Shown: positions 48,463-60,238, numbered from the stretch's first letter. The stretch: 64,000 nt of DNA from Arenicellales bacterium (GCA_048550195.1 JBLYYR010000081.1:5244-69243); one strand, 5' to 3'. The notes: generated from the sequence alone by a model not told the origin. Program-made: numbers and translations.

Positions 48463-49073
48463 TAGGCCAGTTGCGCGGTATTTTAATGTTCAAACAGCCC
48501 CCGGCGCTTATATTAGACGTGCAGGGTGTTGGCTATGAGCTCGATGCACCGATGACAACCTTCTACGACCTGCCAAAGGAAGGCGCGGAATTGATGCTGC
48601 ACACACATCTGGTTGTACGTGAGGATGCCCAGTTATTATTTGGCTTTTCCACAGAAAACCAGCGTAACCTGTTTCGCCATTTGCTGAAAATCAGCGGCAT
48701 CGGACCACGTGTCGGGCTGGCAATATTATCTGGTTTGTCGGTAAAAGAATTTCGTCTGTGTATTAATGGCGAGGATGTGGTGAGGCTGACCAAAGTACCG
48801 GGTATTGGTCGCAAGACTGCAGAGCGAGTGATCCTTGAGTTACGCGGCAAGCAGCTGCCCGGCATGTCTGCCGATGACGACGTGGATGTTGCCGGCAGCA
48901 GCGATGACATGCGAGCTGACGCGATAAGTGCATTGACCGCACTGGGTTATCGGGCAAAGGATGCAGAGAAAGCCATTGGCCAACTGGCAGATCAATCTGA
49001 AGGAAGTGAGGGGATGAGCAGTGAATCTCTGATAAGACAGGCACTGCAGGCCATGTCTGGAGGCGCAAGATGA
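48459..49073 (+). CDS. ruvA: Holliday junction DNA helicase RuvA
   Basis: MIGQLRGIL....P..L.LDV.GVGYE..; helix-hairpin-helix ..[13 protein letters not shown]. Confidence 0.9.
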   Translation: MIGQLRGILMFKQPPALILDVQGVGYELDAPMTTFYDLPKEGAELMLHTHLVVREDAQLLFGFSTENQRNLFRHLLKISGIGPRVGLAILSGLSVKEFRLCINGEDVVRLTKVPGIGRKTAERVILELRGKQLPGMSADDDVDVAGSSDDMRADAISALTALGYRAKDAEKAIGQLADQSEGSEGMSSESLIRQALQAMSGGAR

Positions 49074-50119
49074 TAGAAACCGACCGTCTGATTACGCCGG
49101 AAACAAAAGAAGAGAGTGGCGAGCGGGTATTTGACAAGGCCTTGCGGCCGGTAAAACTCGACGAGTTTGTCGGCCAGCCGAATATTCATCAGCAGCTTGA
49201 GATTTTTATTACCGCCGCGCGAAACCGTGAAGAAGCGCTGGATCATGTGTTGCTGTTTGGCCCGCCGGGCCTCGGTAAAACTACCCTGGCACACATCATC
49301 TCCAATGAAATGGAAGGAAAACTGCACCAGACTTCCGGCCCGGTACTGGAAAAAGCCGGTGATCTGGCGGCCCTGCTGACCAATCTCGAACAGGGCGATG
49401 TACTGTTTATTGATGAAATTCATCGTCTGTCCCCGGCCATTGAGGAAATTCTCTATCCGGCACTGGAAGATTATCAGCTCGATATCATGATAGGTGAGGG
49501 GCCCGCAGCCCGTTCAATTAAGCTCAGCCTACCTCCCTTTACGCTTATTGGCGCAACGACCCGCGCAGGGCTTTTGACGTCACCATTGCGAGACCGCTTC
49601 GGTATCGTACAACGGCTTGAATTTTATGACAGTAAGCAGTTGAAGCAGATCATCCACCGTTCCAGCGGCATTTTGGGTGTCAAAGCTGATGATGAGGGAG
49701 TGGCAGAAATTGCCCGTCGCTCGCGGGGAACGCCGAGGATTGCCAACCGCCTGCTGCGACGCGTGCGCGACTACGCCGAAGTTAAGGGAGATGGCAGGCT
49801 GAATAAGGAGATTTCCTGTTCTGCACTGGATATGCTGGAAGTCGATGAGCATGGCTTTGATGAGATGGACAGGCGATTGCTGTCAGCAATTGTGCAAAAG
49901 TTCGATGGCGGTCCGGTGGGTGTCGATAATCTCGCAGCAGCTTTAAGCGAAGAAAGGGATACCCTGGAGGATGTCATTGAACCTTACCTGATTCAACAGG
50001 GTTTTATCATGCGCACGCCACGAGGTCGTGTCGCGACACGCCTGGCATGGGAGCATTTCGGGCTGAGTTATCCGGATGACTCAAAAAATCCAGAAGCCCA
50101 GCAGGGGAAACTGTTGTAA
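49070..50119 (+). CDS. ruvB: Holliday junction branch migration ATPase RuvB
   Basis: ..LRP..LDEFVGQ.., [11 protein letters not shown], ..[11 protein letters not shown].. Confidence 0.95.
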   Translation: MIETDRLITPETKEESGERVFDKALRPVKLDEFVGQPNIHQQLEIFITAARNREEALDHVLLFGPPGLGKTTLAHIISNEMEGKLHQTSGPVLEKAGDLAALLTNLEQGDVLFIDEIHRLSPAIEEILYPALEDYQLDIMIGEGPAARSIKLSLPPFTLIGATTRAGLLTSPLRDRFGIVQRLEFYDSKQLKQIIHRSSGILGVKADDEGVAEIARRSRGTPRIANRLLRRVRDYAEVKGDGRLNKEISCSALDMLEVDEHGFDEMDRRLLSAIVQKFDGGPVGVDNLAAALSEERDTLEDVIEPYLIQQGFIMRTPRGRVATRLAWEHFGLSYPDDSKNPEAQQGKLL

Positions 50120-50335
50120 AAAGCAGTTCAAAGTCCCGACTTTTAGCTTTCAACTTTTAACTTGTTGCTGATCTGTTTCTGCGTCCTCTGTGATGAAAAG
50201 CTTTGATCTTCTTTCAGCTCTATTGCAGCAGGAATTCACCCTTTTATTACCATCCTGAAAGACTGGTATTTTCTTCTCATCCCTGTATAGTTCAGAAGGA
50301 TTTTTACTAATATGCAGCCCCTTCGGTAGGCAGAT

Positions 50336-50725
50336 TTGACCAGTCCGGATTTTGTTTTCCCAGTTCGTATATATTATGAAGACACCGATGCCGGTGGAGT
50401 CGTTTACCATGCTAATTATCTTCGTTTTATGGAGCGGGCCAGAACTGAGTGGCTGCGCGAACGGGGATATGAACTGGATAAACTTGAACAGGAATTCGGT
50501 TTCCTGTTTGCTGTGAGATCCCTAAATATTGATTATTTAAAGCCTGCGCATTTGAATGATTCACTAAGCATCCAGACATCTATTGCACATAAAGGCAAGG
50601 CCTCACTGGATATTGATCAGGAAGTCTACCGAGATGAAGCTTTATTGTGCCGCGCCCGAATAAAGCTGGCAGGCCTTGCGGTGGACTCATTTCGTCCGAT
50701 GGCGCTGCCTTTTACTCTGGATTGA
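50336..50725 (+). CDS. ybgC: tol-pal associated acyl-CoA thioesterase YbgC
   Basis: ..FPVRIYYEDTDAGGVVYHANYL.F.ERARTEWL.. hotdog-fold signature; lies upstream of tolQ. Confidence 0.8.
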   Translation: MTSPDFVFPVRIYYEDTDAGGVVYHANYLRFMERARTEWLRERGYELDKLEQEFGFLFAVRSLNIDYLKPAHLNDSLSIQTSIAHKGKASLDIDQEVYRDEALLCRARIKLAGLAVDSFRPMALPFTLD

Positions 50726-50736
50726 GGAGATAAGAT

Positions 50737-51459
50737 TTGGAAACAGTCGTAGAACTTGCCAACCCGCAGCAGAGCCTGTCTATTCTGCATATGATCACGC
50801 AGGCTACGCTGGTGGTGCAACTGGTTATGGCTATGCTTATGCTGGCTTCTGTTGTGTCATGGGCGTTAATCTTTCAGAAGTGGAAAACAATCCGGCAGGC
50901 AAGAAATGCGGCCGATGAATTTGAAGACTCATTCTGGTCCGGTGGTGATCTGAGTAATCTTTACTCTGAATGGGGTGGCAAGGAAGCAGGTAATGAGGGC
51001 GGTATGGCCAGCATCTTTATCGCCGGTTATCGGGAATACTCCCGCCTTTACAATAAAGAAGGGATAAAACGCAGCGAAGTGACCGATGGGGTGCAACGAG
51101 CCATGCGTGTGGCTTTAGCACAGGAAATCGAGGACCTTGAAGGTGGTCTGTCTTTCCTTGCCACCGTCGGTTCAACATCTCCCTATGTCGGTTTGTTCGG
51201 TACGGTCTGGGGCATCATGAACTCGTTCCGCACCCTTGGTGTCATGAAACAGGCGACCATTGCATCGGTTGCCCCCGGTATTTCCGAAGCACTGGTGGCG
51301 ACTGCCATGGGTCTGTTTGCTGCGATTCCTGCGGTGATTGCCTATAACCGCTTTTCCAATCATGTCGAACGACTGATTATGCGCTACGAAATGTTCATGG
51401 AAGAATTTACCAGTATCGTTTCACGACAGAGTTACCACAAGAAATCCAGCGATGTTTGA
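50737..51459 (+). CDS. tolQ: Tol-Pal system protein TolQ
   Basis: MotA/TolQ/ExbB pattern (..G.FGTVWGIM..F.., ..P.VA.ALVATA.GL..AIPAV..YN). Confidence 0.9.
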   Translation: METVVELANPQQSLSILHMITQATLVVQLVMAMLMLASVVSWALIFQKWKTIRQARNAADEFEDSFWSGGDLSNLYSEWGGKEAGNEGGMASIFIAGYREYSRLYNKEGIKRSEVTDGVQRAMRVALAQEIEDLEGGLSFLATVGSTSPYVGLFGTVWGIMNSFRTLGVMKQATIASVAPGISEALVATAMGLFAAIPAVIAYNRFSNHVERLIMRYEMFMEEFTSIVSRQSYHKKSSDV

Positions 51460-51874
51460 GCACTCTCGGCGCAGCCGAAAAAGTCAGATGAGTGAGATCA
51501 ATGTCGTCCCATATATTGATGTCATGCTGGTGTTGCTGGTGATTTTCATGGTCACCACACCATTGTTAACACAGGGTGTAGAAGTAGATCTACCTGAAGC
51601 AATATCGGACACCGTAAAAGACCCTGATGTTGAGCCTTTTTTATTATCGGTAGACAGGGATGGACAGCTGTTTGCAAATGAAGAAAAACAACCCCTTGGT
51701 GCAGAGGAAGTTGTCAGGAAAGCCGCCATTGTCTATAAACGAAATTCGAAAACACCCTTTCTTGTGAAAGGCGACAGGCGGGTGGAATATCAGGCAGTGA
51801 TGACTGCCATGGTGTTATTGAAGCAGGCGGGTATTCCAAAGGTAGGTCTGGTAACAGAGCCACCGGAAAAATAA
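51452..51874 (+). CDS. tolR: Tol-Pal system protein TolR
   Basis: ..SEINVVPYIDVMLVLLVIFMVT.. ExbD/TolR signature; overlaps tolQ. Confidence 0.85.
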   Translation: MFEHSRRSRKSQMSEINVVPYIDVMLVLLVIFMVTTPLLTQGVEVDLPEAISDTVKDPDVEPFLLSVDRDGQLFANEEKQPLGAEEVVRKAAIVYKRNSKTPFLVKGDRRVEYQAVMTAMVLLKQAGIPKVGLVTEPPEK

Positions 51875-51876
51875 TT

Positions 51877-52752
51877 GTGACAGGTGGAAGTAACAGGCGG
51901 CTATTAAAAAAGCAGCATTTAAGTCCGGTTGCCCTGGGCCTTGCAATTTTGCTGCATGGAGTTTTATTCGGCATCATGTTTATCAAGGTGGATAGCCACA
52001 TGAAACCGGTAGCTGCGGTGAAAGCCCTGCAGGTTGAAACCGAGAAACCCGTTGATGTTATTGAAGCTTCGGCCGTTGAAAATAACGAGCTGGAAAAGAT
52101 AAAGGAAAAGAAGAAGGAAAAGGAGAAAGCTATAGAGCGCGAGAAGCAGCGCAAAATTGCCGAAGAAAAAAAGCGCGTGGCAGAGGCCAAACGCAAGAAA
52201 GAAGAAAAGAGAAAGAAGGCAGAAGTTGAAAAAAAACGCAAGAAAGAGGCGGAGAAAAAAGCGGCACTAAAGAAAAAGAAAGAGAGCGAGGAAAAGGCAC
52301 GTAAGAAAGCAGAAGCGGAAAAGGAAAAAGCGGCTAAAAAAAAGAAAAAGCTTGCCGAAGAGAAAAAACGCAAAGCGGCTGCCGAGAAGAAACGTAAAGC
52401 TGAAGCATCACGTAAGCGAAAAGAAACCGAAATGAAAAAACAGATGGAAGCAAAGGCCCGAGCGGCAAGAGCCGGCCAGGCGATGAGTAAATATGTTCCG
52501 CGGATTCAACAAAAAGTGGAAACAAACTGGAATTATCCACCGCGCGGCCCGGAAGGCTGCAATCCTACCGTACGTGTTAATCTTGCCCCGGACGGCAAGG
52601 TTCTTAGTGCAAGGATAGTAAAGAGTAGTGGTGATAGTTTCTGTGATAGATCGGTAGAGCAGGCCTTCATGCGAGCATCACCGATACCGATACCGCTGGA
52701 TCCGGATCTGTATTCAGAGTTCAAGGTCATTGATTTTCCGTTCAGGCCATAA
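51877..52752 (+). CDS. tolA: Tol-Pal system protein TolA
   Basis: TM anchor, long K/A/E-rich helical repeat region, conserved C-terminal domain (..[11 protein letters not shown]....V.SSGD..FD.S...A...A). Confidence 0.8.
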   Translation: MTGGSNRRLLKKQHLSPVALGLAILLHGVLFGIMFIKVDSHMKPVAAVKALQVETEKPVDVIEASAVENNELEKIKEKKKEKEKAIEREKQRKIAEEKKRVAEAKRKKEEKRKKAEVEKKRKKEAEKKAALKKKKESEEKARKKAEAEKEKAAKKKKKLAEEKKRKAAAEKKRKAEASRKRKETEMKKQMEAKARAARAGQAMSKYVPRIQQKVETNWNYPPRGPEGCNPTVRVNLAPDGKVLSARIVKSSGDSFCDRSVEQAFMRASPIPIPLDPDLYSEFKVIDFPFRP

Positions 52753-52805
52753 GAAAATCTTCAGCTTTCAGGGCTACAATATTACTAGAGACAAAATTAA
52801 GTAAC

Positions 52806-54113
52806 ATGAAATTATCTAATATGAAAAGATTTGCACCGCTGCTAATTATTCTATCGGGGTTGCTGGCCAACTCGGCGCAGGCAGTACTCACCATTGAAAT
52901 CACCAAAGGTGTTGATGTCGGCATACCAATTGCCATAGTTCCTTTCAGCTGGGACGGTGCCCCGGTGGCAGGTGAGAGTATGACGAAAGTTATCGAGGCA
53001 GATCTTACCCGTTCAGGGCGTTTTGACAGTATTCCGCAGGCTGATTTTCTGCAGCAGCCACACAATGCCAAACAGGTGAGATTCAAAGACTGGCGCCTGA
53101 TCAAAGCAGACTATCTGGTTGTCGGCAGCATCCGGCAGGCCGGTGAGGGAACATATACTGTAAAGTTTCAGTTGCTGGATGTGTTCAAGGGCAGCACTTT
53201 GACCGGCTTTCAATATAATATCCAGAGCGCAAAGTTGAGGAATGTAGCACATCGGATTAGCGATATTATTTATGAAAAACTGACAGGAGAAAAAGGTGCT
53301 TTTAACACCAAAATTGCGTATGTAACGGTAGAGAAAACAGCAAAAGGAAAGCGTTACTTGCTGCAAGTGGCTGACTCGGATGGTTTTAATCCACAGACGA
53401 TACTCAATTCGCACCAGCCACTGATGTCTGCCGCCTGGTCACCGGATGCCCGAAAATTGGCTTATGTCTCTTTCGAAAAAAAGCGTTCAATGATATACAT
53501 ACAACGTTTGTCAGATGGTAAGCGTGAGAATGTGGCCAGTTTTAAAGGCATTAATAGCGCCCCGGCGTTCTCCCCGGACGGTACGAAACTGGCGTTTGTA
53601 TCCTCTAAAGAAGGGAATACAGAGATATACATACTCGATTTGCGCTCGCGGGCCATCAAGCGACTGACCAATCATCATGGTATTGATACGGAACCTTCCT
53701 GGTTGCCAAATGGCCGGGGACTTGTATTTACCTCAAGCCGCAGCGGCCAGCCCCAGATTTATCAGATGAATACTGATGGATCGGGTGTACAACGACTGAC
53801 CTACTCCGGAAAATATAATGCCAGGCCATCAGTATCGGCAGATGGCAGCCTGATGGTCATGATTAGCCGTAGCAACGGGCGCTATCATGTGGCGGCGATG
53901 AATTTACGTACTAAAGAGATAACCAGGCTTACCGATACACAGCTTGACGAATCTCCGAGTTTCGCGCCAAATGGAAGGATGGTACTTTATGCAACTGAGC
54001 AGGCTAATAAGGGTGTGCTGGCAGCTGTTTCATCTGATGGACGTGTCAGGCAATCATTAAGATTTTTACAGGGCGATGTCCGTGAACCGGCATGGTCACC
54101 ATATTTAAGATGA
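52806..54113 (+). CDS. tolB: Tol-Pal system beta-propeller protein TolB
   Basis: Signal peptide and repeated ..P.WSPDG..LA(F/Y)VS.. propeller blades. Confidence 0.9.
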   Translation: MKLSNMKRFAPLLIILSGLLANSAQAVLTIEITKGVDVGIPIAIVPFSWDGAPVAGESMTKVIEADLTRSGRFDSIPQADFLQQPHNAKQVRFKDWRLIKADYLVVGSIRQAGEGTYTVKFQLLDVFKGSTLTGFQYNIQSAKLRNVAHRISDIIYEKLTGEKGAFNTKIAYVTVEKTAKGKRYLLQVADSDGFNPQTILNSHQPLMSAAWSPDARKLAYVSFEKKRSMIYIQRLSDGKRENVASFKGINSAPAFSPDGTKLAFVSSKEGNTEIYILDLRSRAIKRLTNHHGIDTEPSWLPNGRGLVFTSSRSGQPQIYQMNTDGSGVQRLTYSGKYNARPSVSADGSLMVMISRSNGRYHVAAMNLRTKEITRLTDTQLDESPSFAPNGRMVLYATEQANKGVLAAVSSDGRVRQSLRFLQGDVREPAWSPYLR

Positions 54114-54138
54114 TAATAGAACGAGGATAGAGGAAGAG

Positions 54139-54666
54139 ATGAAAAATACGAGCAAGTTAATTTTAATAGCACTGTTGGCAGGCATGGTTGCAGTGAGTGG
54201 CTGTAATAAGAAAACTCGTAAAGCAGAAGGTGCTGATATGGGAGAAGGGGTCTCTGCATCCGGTACCGGTACCGAGTTCGGTCCTGATGGTCAGCCTCTG
54301 GGTGACTGGCAGAGTGGTGCATCAGCAGACCTGCTTTCGCAGACCCGGGTATATTTTGCCTATGACAGCAGTGAACTTGATGTTGATAGCATGGCAGTAG
54401 CGGAAGCGCATGCAGCCTTTTTACTGAACAACCCCTCAACCAGAGTGGTGCTCGAAGGTCATGCAGACGAACGAGGTACACGTGAATACAATCTGGCTCT
54501 TGGCGAACGTCGTGCCCAGTCGGTTGCGGATGTCTTTATCGCCCTGGGTGTCAGCGCCATGAATATCGAAAACGTTTCATATGGTGAAGAGAATCCAGTA
54601 GCAGAAGGGCATGATGACTCGTCATGGCATCTGAACCGCCGCGTTGAAATACGCTATGACAGGTAA
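54139..54666 (+). CDS. pal: peptidoglycan-associated lipoprotein Pal (OmpA-C domain)
   Basis: Lipobox VSGC; ..V.LEGHADERGT.EYNLALGERRA..V. Confidence 0.9.
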   Translation: MKNTSKLILIALLAGMVAVSGCNKKTRKAEGADMGEGVSASGTGTEFGPDGQPLGDWQSGASADLLSQTRVYFAYDSSELDVDSMAVAEAHAAFLLNNPSTRVVLEGHADERGTREYNLALGERRAQSVADVFIALGVSAMNIENVSYGEENPVAEGHDDSSWHLNRRVEIRYDR

Positions 54667-55543
54667 CATCAATCGCTTTTCGATTATGCGTTTTACTTTA
54701 CCGCTGGTGCTCTTCTGCTTGCTGCTGTTGAGTGCCTGCAACGAGACGACGGCTGCAACGATGCGATCGTCTAGCACCCAGGAAAACCCGCAATTACAGC
54801 TGTTAGGGCGGGTGAACAGCCTGGAGAGCGAAGTATCCAGGCTGCAGAATACAGTTGATGTGCAGGAAAATGAACTGAACAGGCTGCGCGAGAGATTGTC
54901 CGGAGTTTATGATGATCTTGATCGCCGCATGCGCAGCATCGAAATGTCTTCAATATCCATGAATGCACCTGTCGCGCCTGCATCCGGTATGATGACTAAC
55001 AATGAAATCCCCTCCATTCCAGCGCAACAGAGTATGGCGACTGAGGCGATTTCACCTGCCGATGCGATTAATACAAAGCAGGCCGATATAACTGCACCCG
55101 CTGCCGCACAACTGTCAGTAGAAAATTCAGCTCAAAGTGGTCAGCAAGGGAATTCTCAACTGGAGCAGGCCTCCTATGACAGGGCCTTCGATCTTCTGAA
55201 GCAAAGTCGTTATGAAGAAGCCATAGCAGCCTTCAAGGAATTTCAAACACGCTACCCAGGAAGTCCATTAGGCGATAGTGCACAGTACTGGATAGCAGAG
55301 GCCCGATATGTGAATCGTGCTTATGATGCAGCCCTGCATGAATACAGCAGCCTGATACAGCGTTATCCTGAAAGTAAGCGGCTCCCTGATGCGATGTTGA
55401 AGGTGGGGTACATCCACTTCGATAATGAGCAGTGGGAGCAGGCAAGAAGGGCTCTGAATGCGGTAGTTATTCGATATCCCGGTAGTCGTGTCGCTGTTTC
55501 GGCAAAAATGCGCCTGGATCAGATGACGAAAACGGGACATTAA
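54644..55543 (+). CDS. cpoB: cell division coordinator CpoB (YbgF), TPR protein
   Basis: Signal peptide, coiled coil, C-terminal TPR repeats (..YD.A..L....Y.EA...F..F...YP.S....A.YW..E..Y..). Last gene of the tol-pal cluster. Confidence 0.8.
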   Translation: MKYAMTGNINRFSIMRFTLPLVLFCLLLLSACNETTAATMRSSSTQENPQLQLLGRVNSLESEVSRLQNTVDVQENELNRLRERLSGVYDDLDRRMRSIEMSSISMNAPVAPASGMMTNNEIPSIPAQQSMATEAISPADAINTKQADITAPAAAQLSVENSAQSGQQGNSQLEQASYDRAFDLLKQSRYEEAIAAFKEFQTRYPGSPLGDSAQYWIAEARYVNRAYDAALHEYSSLIQRYPESKRLPDAMLKVGYIHFDNEQWEQARRALNAVVIRYPGSRVAVSAKMRLDQMTKTGH

Positions 55544-55585
55544 ACCCAGATTAAAGACGAAGGATTAAATATAAAAGTGATAGAG

Positions 55586-55613
55586 TGATTTTAACCCTTA
55601 ATCCTTAATCCTT
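55586..55613. repeat. heptanucleotide tandem repeat (CCTTAAT)x2(CCTTAGT)x2
   Basis: Read directly between cpoB and queE. Upstream AAGGATTAAAT is the reverse complement of part of it. Confidence 0.5.
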
Positions 55614-55637
55614 AGTCCTTAGTCTAAATTCTCTCCA

Positions 55638-56318
55638 TTGTCTTCAACATCAAATAATCCACCATTCCCTGCGGCAGACCGTGAACTCCGTGTCAGCGAG
55701 ATATTTTATTCACTGCAGGGTGAGTCAAGAACGGCCGGTTTTCCAACAGTCTTTATCCGCCTGACAGGCTGTCCCTTGCGCTGTGGCTATTGTGACACCG
55801 CTTATGCCTTCTCAGGTGGTGAGCGACTGTCTCTCTCTGCAATTTTACAGCAGGTTAAATCCTATTCTCCTCGTTACGTCACTGTTACGGGTGGTGAACC
55901 ATTAGCGCAGCGAGACTGCTGGCTGCTGTTGAAAATGCTTTGTGATGCCGGTTTTACCACGTCACTGGAAACCAGTGGCGCTATCGATATAGGCAAGGTA
56001 GATAAGCGTGTTTCTACTGTGATGGATATCAAGACACCGGGTTCCGGGGAGGTTGATCGTAATCGTTACCAGAACCTTGCTTTGCTGAAACGTAAAGATC
56101 AGCTGAAGTTTGTCATTGCTGACCGGGCAGATTATGACTGGAGCCGGCAGTTTATCGAAGAAAATGAACTGGCCGCGAAGCATGAAATACTCTTTTCACC
56201 GGTGCATGGTGAATGCGATCCGGCGGATATGGCCAAATGGATTCTGGATGACAATCTGCAGGTGAGAATGCAATTACAATTGCATAAGTATCTGTGGGGT
56301 GACGAACGTGGTAGATAA
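55638..56318 (+). CDS. queE: 7-carboxy-7-deazaguanine synthase QueE (radical SAM)
   Basis: ..EIFYSLQGE.., ..[18 protein letters not shown].. cluster motif. The start is probably downstream of the ORF-track start. Confidence 0.9.
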   Translation: MSSTSNNPPFPAADRELRVSEIFYSLQGESRTAGFPTVFIRLTGCPLRCGYCDTAYAFSGGERLSLSAILQQVKSYSPRYVTVTGGEPLAQRDCWLLLKMLCDAGFTTSLETSGAIDIGKVDKRVSTVMDIKTPGSGEVDRNRYQNLALLKRKDQLKFVIADRADYDWSRQFIEENELAAKHEILFSPVHGECDPADMAKWILDDNLQVRMQLQLHKYLWGDERGR

Positions 56319-57009
56319 AACGGGTAAAGCGGTGGTGCTACTTTCCGGTGGCCTGGATTCCGCGACGGTTCTCGCTATCGCACGAAATGAAGGCTACCAG
56401 AGCCTTGCACTAAGCTTTAACTATGGACAGCGCCATCTTGTCGAACTGGAAGCAGCCGCGCGTGTAGCGAAAGCAGGCGGGGCGGCAGGACATAGAACCC
56501 TGCGGCTGCCAATCGGAGAACTGGGTGGCTCTGCACTAACGGACGAGGCTATTGATGTACCGGAAGCCAGCGAGTTTGGGGATAACGGTATTCCCGTAAC
56601 CTATGTGCCGGCGCGAAATACGGTATTTTTATCCATGGCACTGGCTATGGCTGAAATATATGGTGCCAGGAATATCTTTATCGGTGCTAATGCCGTTGAT
56701 TACTCAGGCTACCCTGATTGCCGCCCTGAATATATCTTAGCCTTTGAAAAATTGGCAAATCTGGCGACACGTGAAGGCGTGGAAGGTGAGGGGTTTCGAA
56801 TAAGGGCACCGTTGATCGATATGAGTAAGGCCGACATTATCAACACAGGCAATAAACTGGGCGTTGATTACAGTCTCACAATATCCTGTTACAACCCGTC
56901 TGCTGACGGACTGGCCTGCGGAGTTTGTGATTCATGCCGCTTACGAGCTGACGGTTTTAAACTGGCAGATGTAGCCGACCCAACAGTTTACCAGCCTGTG
57001 AGAGAGTAA
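56299..57009 (+). CDS. queC: 7-cyano-7-deazaguanine synthase QueC
   Basis: ..[13 protein letters not shown].. PP-loop and C-terminal zinc Cys cluster (CG.CDSC..R). Confidence 0.9.
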   Translation: MTNVVDKTGKAVVLLSGGLDSATVLAIARNEGYQSLALSFNYGQRHLVELEAAARVAKAGGAAGHRTLRLPIGELGGSALTDEAIDVPEASEFGDNGIPVTYVPARNTVFLSMALAMAEIYGARNIFIGANAVDYSGYPDCRPEYILAFEKLANLATREGVEGEGFRIRAPLIDMSKADIINTGNKLGVDYSLTISCYNPSADGLACGVCDSCRLRADGFKLADVADPTVYQPVRE

Positions 57010-57262
57010 ATCCGGGGTTCCCGGCTAATACAATGGTTCTTAATGTAGAGAGGCCAGGTTCAGGATCTAATGTCATTTTTACTGAATTTTCTGCTTACCA
57101 TTGCGTCAACCCAGATAGAAAAAATGGAATAAATCGGCTATGGTATAAGTCCTATCTCCCAGAGAGCCGCAAGGCAGAACACTTTTAATAATAATATTGT
57201 TGTGCTGAGAATAAATACTAATAAATATTATAATATCAATCACTTAGTAGAGGAGAGTTTAG

Positions 57263-58567
57263 ATGATTTTTGAAGATTTTTCATCAGCCTGGTCCGCGAT
57301 GGTTCTGTTGTCATTTGCGCTGGCTGTAGTCATGGGCGCAGTGGTCAATAAAACCAACTTCTGTACCATGGGCGCAGTATCCGACTGGGTTAATATGGAT
57401 GACAAAAGCAGGTTCCGTGCCTGGATGTTTGCGATAGCCGTGGCATTGCTTGGCGTCACGATTTTTGAAGCACAGGGCCTTGTTTCTCCTGATTTGGCAT
57501 TCCCTCCATACCGTAGCGGTACCTTGATCTGGGCTGAGAACATCCTTGGTGGATTTTTATTTGGTATTGGTATGACATTCGGATCCGGCTGCGGTAACAA
57601 GACCCTGATCCGTATGGGCGGTGGAAATATAAAATCTATTATGGTTTTTTTAATTATCGGTGTCATCGCCTATTTTATGGTAAACCCATTGCCCGGCACT
57701 GATCAGACCCTGATGTCATTGATCTTTCTTGACTGGATTCGACCGCTCGCAATCACGCTGGACGGTGGCTACCAGGACTTTGGAAGCATCCTGGCGGGCC
57801 CTGAAAATGCTGCGTCCGCGCGCCTCTGGATTGGTCTGCTGCTGTCTTTGGCATTAATAATCTTTGTATTCAAATCAGCCGATTTCCGCAGCAGTTTCGA
57901 CAATATTCTCGCTGGGCTGGTAGTCGGACTGGTCGTTATCGGTGCCTGGTATGTCACGTCAAATATACAACTTGCCTATGAGTCTGAATTTGATGGCGAA
58001 GTAAAAGTAAGCCTGCGCGAATATCTCGACCCGACCACATCTCAATGGGATATGGCCGAGCCGGTGCATGAGAACTGGACATCATCAAAACCGGACATGA
58101 ATTCTGGCAGCCCGCAGTCATTTACATTTATCAATCCATTAGGACAAACTGTCGGTTATGTGTCTACAGGCATGGAAAAAGCAAAGCTTACCTTTGGCGT
58201 TGCAATTGTCTTTGGCGTCATCCTGGGCTCATTTCTCTGGTCAATATTAACAAAAAGTTTCAGGGTTGAATGGTTTGCTTCAGTCGGTGATTTTTTCAAT
58301 CATCTTGTCGGTGGCATTCTGATGGGCTTTGGTGGCGTACTTGCGCTGGGATGCACCGTTGGGCAAGGCATTACCGGTGTAAGTACCCTTGCCTTAGGGT
58401 CGTATCTCACCCTTATATCAATAATATTTGGCAGCGCCCTGACGATGAAAATACAGTATTACAAGCTGGTATACGAAGAAGAAGCCAGTTTTTTTGGCGC
58501 TCTGGCCTCATCTCTGGTTGACATGAAGCTACTTCCTAGTAAGATGCGCAAACTTGAAAAAGTCTAA
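57263..58567 (+). CDS. YeeE/YedE family inner-membrane sulfur-compound (thiosulfate-type) transporter, two-domain form
   Basis: Two YeeE/YedE repeats each with the Gly/Cys motif (..GIGMTFGSGCGNK.. and ..LMGFGGVLALGCTVGQGITG..). 434 aa. Confidence 0.75.
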   Translation: MIFEDFSSAWSAMVLLSFALAVVMGAVVNKTNFCTMGAVSDWVNMDDKSRFRAWMFAIAVALLGVTIFEAQGLVSPDLAFPPYRSGTLIWAENILGGFLFGIGMTFGSGCGNKTLIRMGGGNIKSIMVFLIIGVIAYFMVNPLPGTDQTLMSLIFLDWIRPLAITLDGGYQDFGSILAGPENAASARLWIGLLLSLALIIFVFKSADFRSSFDNILAGLVVGLVVIGAWYVTSNIQLAYESEFDGEVKVSLREYLDPTTSQWDMAEPVHENWTSSKPDMNSGSPQSFTFINPLGQTVGYVSTGMEKAKLTFGVAIVFGVILGSFLWSILTKSFRVEWFASVGDFFNHLVGGILMGFGGVLALGCTVGQGITGVSTLALGSYLTLISIIFGSALTMKIQYYKLVYEEEASFFGALASSLVDMKLLPSKMRKLEKV

Positions 58568-58597
58568 TAACATGCAAGCAGTGTTAGATGAGTATTT

Positions 58598-58673
58598 GGG
58601 TCGTTAGCTCAGTCGGTAGAGCATCTGACTTTTAATCAGGCGGTCGGGCGTTCGAATCGCCCACGACCCACCA
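58598..58673 (+). tRNA. tRNA-Lys (anticodon UUU)
   Basis: Cloverleaf folded by eye: acceptor GGGTCGT/ACGACCC, D-arm GCTC..GAGC, anticodon stem-loop TCTGA-CTTTTAA-TCAGG, T-arm GGGCG-TTCGAAT-CGCCC, discriminator A, encoded CCA. Confidence 0.95.
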
Positions 58674-58680
58674 AATTCAA

Positions 58681-58714
58681 AGCCCCATTCCTTAACGGTC
58701 TGGGGCTTTTTTAA
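58681..58714 (+). terminator. rho-independent terminator after tRNA-Lys (AGCCCCA...TGGGGCT-TTTTT)
   Basis: 7-bp GC-rich stem plus T-tract. Confidence 0.7.
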
Positions 58715-59136
58715 TGCCTGAAGTTCTTAAGCACCGCCTAAATATTCACTAACCATCAATCCAGGCGGTTAAAACATTTTGGCGATTTGATGATATAGTT
58801 AGCCGCCCATTTCCCTGAGCACACCATGGTGGTTAACCCCGCCCTTCTGTAGAGATACAACATTATGAAAAACGTTTGTACATCAATAATCAAATTAACT
58901 ATCAACGATATAAAATATTTTCTTGCTCGGGTAAAAAGCGTCTGAAAAAGCCAAAGCTTTATTGAAAAAAATATAAGGCCGACATGCTTAACATCGATGA
59001 AATCGATCAACGAATTAAGCTATTTAGAACAACTCGGAAAACAATGCCTGGAATTATCCTTATTCCCGAAAAAAGCAATATGCCTGCACTTGTAAGGGAA
59101 GCCGATGTCAAATTATCATAAAATCCGTTTTATCTG

Positions 59137-60036
59137 ATGACAGATACTTTAAATCCATTTTTCTTAGTATATGATTCACGCTCTGGATCGACTTTTTTAG
59201 CCAAATGCATGGTGAAAGATCTCGATCTAGTCATTCCACCTGAATCGAACTTTTTAGACAGGATACTTATAAAATTTCCCAAGGCGGTCATTGAAAATCG
59301 TAAAGAATTATCTGCTGTTATTGAAATTATCAACGGTGATGAAAAGTTTAAAGACTGGCGAATTGATTTAAACCTCCTGTATGACTGCCACCTACCGGTA
59401 AAAATAAATGAATTTGTTAGTAAAATTCTAAATTTGTATGGTTCTGGCTCTGGCTACGGTGTAAAAAAGGGGAATCTGATATACCGGCATGCGGAATTGG
59501 GGCGCTTGTTTCCCGAAAGCAAGTTCATATGCATCGTAAGAGATGGCAGGGCTGTCTACTCATCAAAGAAAATCAGCCTGCATTCGAAAACAGGCAAGCC
59601 ATTTGATACCGATCCTGTTAATGCAGCCAGGAAGTGGGTCACCATTACTAAGCTGATGAATGAAATTGAAAACGAGAACAGAGGCATTGCTGTAAAATAC
59701 GAGGATTTGATACAGACACCGAATAGAGTGATCAATAGAATTGCTGGTTATCTATCCTTATCAGCGGTCGGGGATAACAGTAGAAATGGCTACGTTGTCC
59801 CGCTGCGCTATAGTGGACTACATGAAAACATCAATAATTCACCGATGGTAGAAAACATCCAGAAATGGAGAAAATATCTCCGCAAAGATGAGATATTCTT
59901 ATTTGAAAGGGAGGCTTACGAAACGCTAGTTGACGAAGGCTACAAGCCGATATTTACCAGAAATGAACTGGATAATTCTATTAGGTATTGGTGGGTTTTG
60001 CTAAAGTTAAAAGTCAGAGATAATTTATTCAACTAG
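59137..60036 (+). CDS. sulfotransferase family protein (Stf0-like)
   Basis: N-terminal 5'-PSB-like ..VYDSRSGSTFLAK.. and ..IVRDGRAVYSS.. 3'-PB-like motif. Lies in an AT-rich islet immediately downstream of tRNA-Lys. Stop TAG. Confidence 0.65.
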   Translation: MTDTLNPFFLVYDSRSGSTFLAKCMVKDLDLVIPPESNFLDRILIKFPKAVIENRKELSAVIEIINGDEKFKDWRIDLNLLYDCHLPVKINEFVSKILNLYGSGSGYGVKKGNLIYRHAELGRLFPESKFICIVRDGRAVYSSKKISLHSKTGKPFDTDPVNAARKWVTITKLMNEIENENRGIAVKYEDLIQTPNRVINRIAGYLSLSAVGDNSRNGYVVPLRYSGLHENINNSPMVENIQKWRKYLRKDEIFLFEREAYETLVDEGYKPIFTRNELDNSIRYWWVLLKLKVRDNLFN

Positions 60037-60238
60037 CCAACAAGGATCACTATTGATATGACTGATATAGGGAGTACTGGGTGCAGGAAGTATTTAATCG
60101 GATACAGAAGCAGAACGCGTATGGACTCGGGATCCACAGTGACTAATTTGGTCGGCCTGTGACGGTACAGCCGGGCTGGTAACAACCGCGGTTACACCAA
60201 TATAAACGTGTCTAAAATTCTACCTAAATACATGAAAA

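Noticed and set aside
52080-52460. Highly repetitive K/A/E-rich DNA that looks like a tandem-repeat element
   Set aside because: It is the coding low-complexity helical domain II of TolA. The minus-strand ORF 51714..52373 is an antisense artefact of it.
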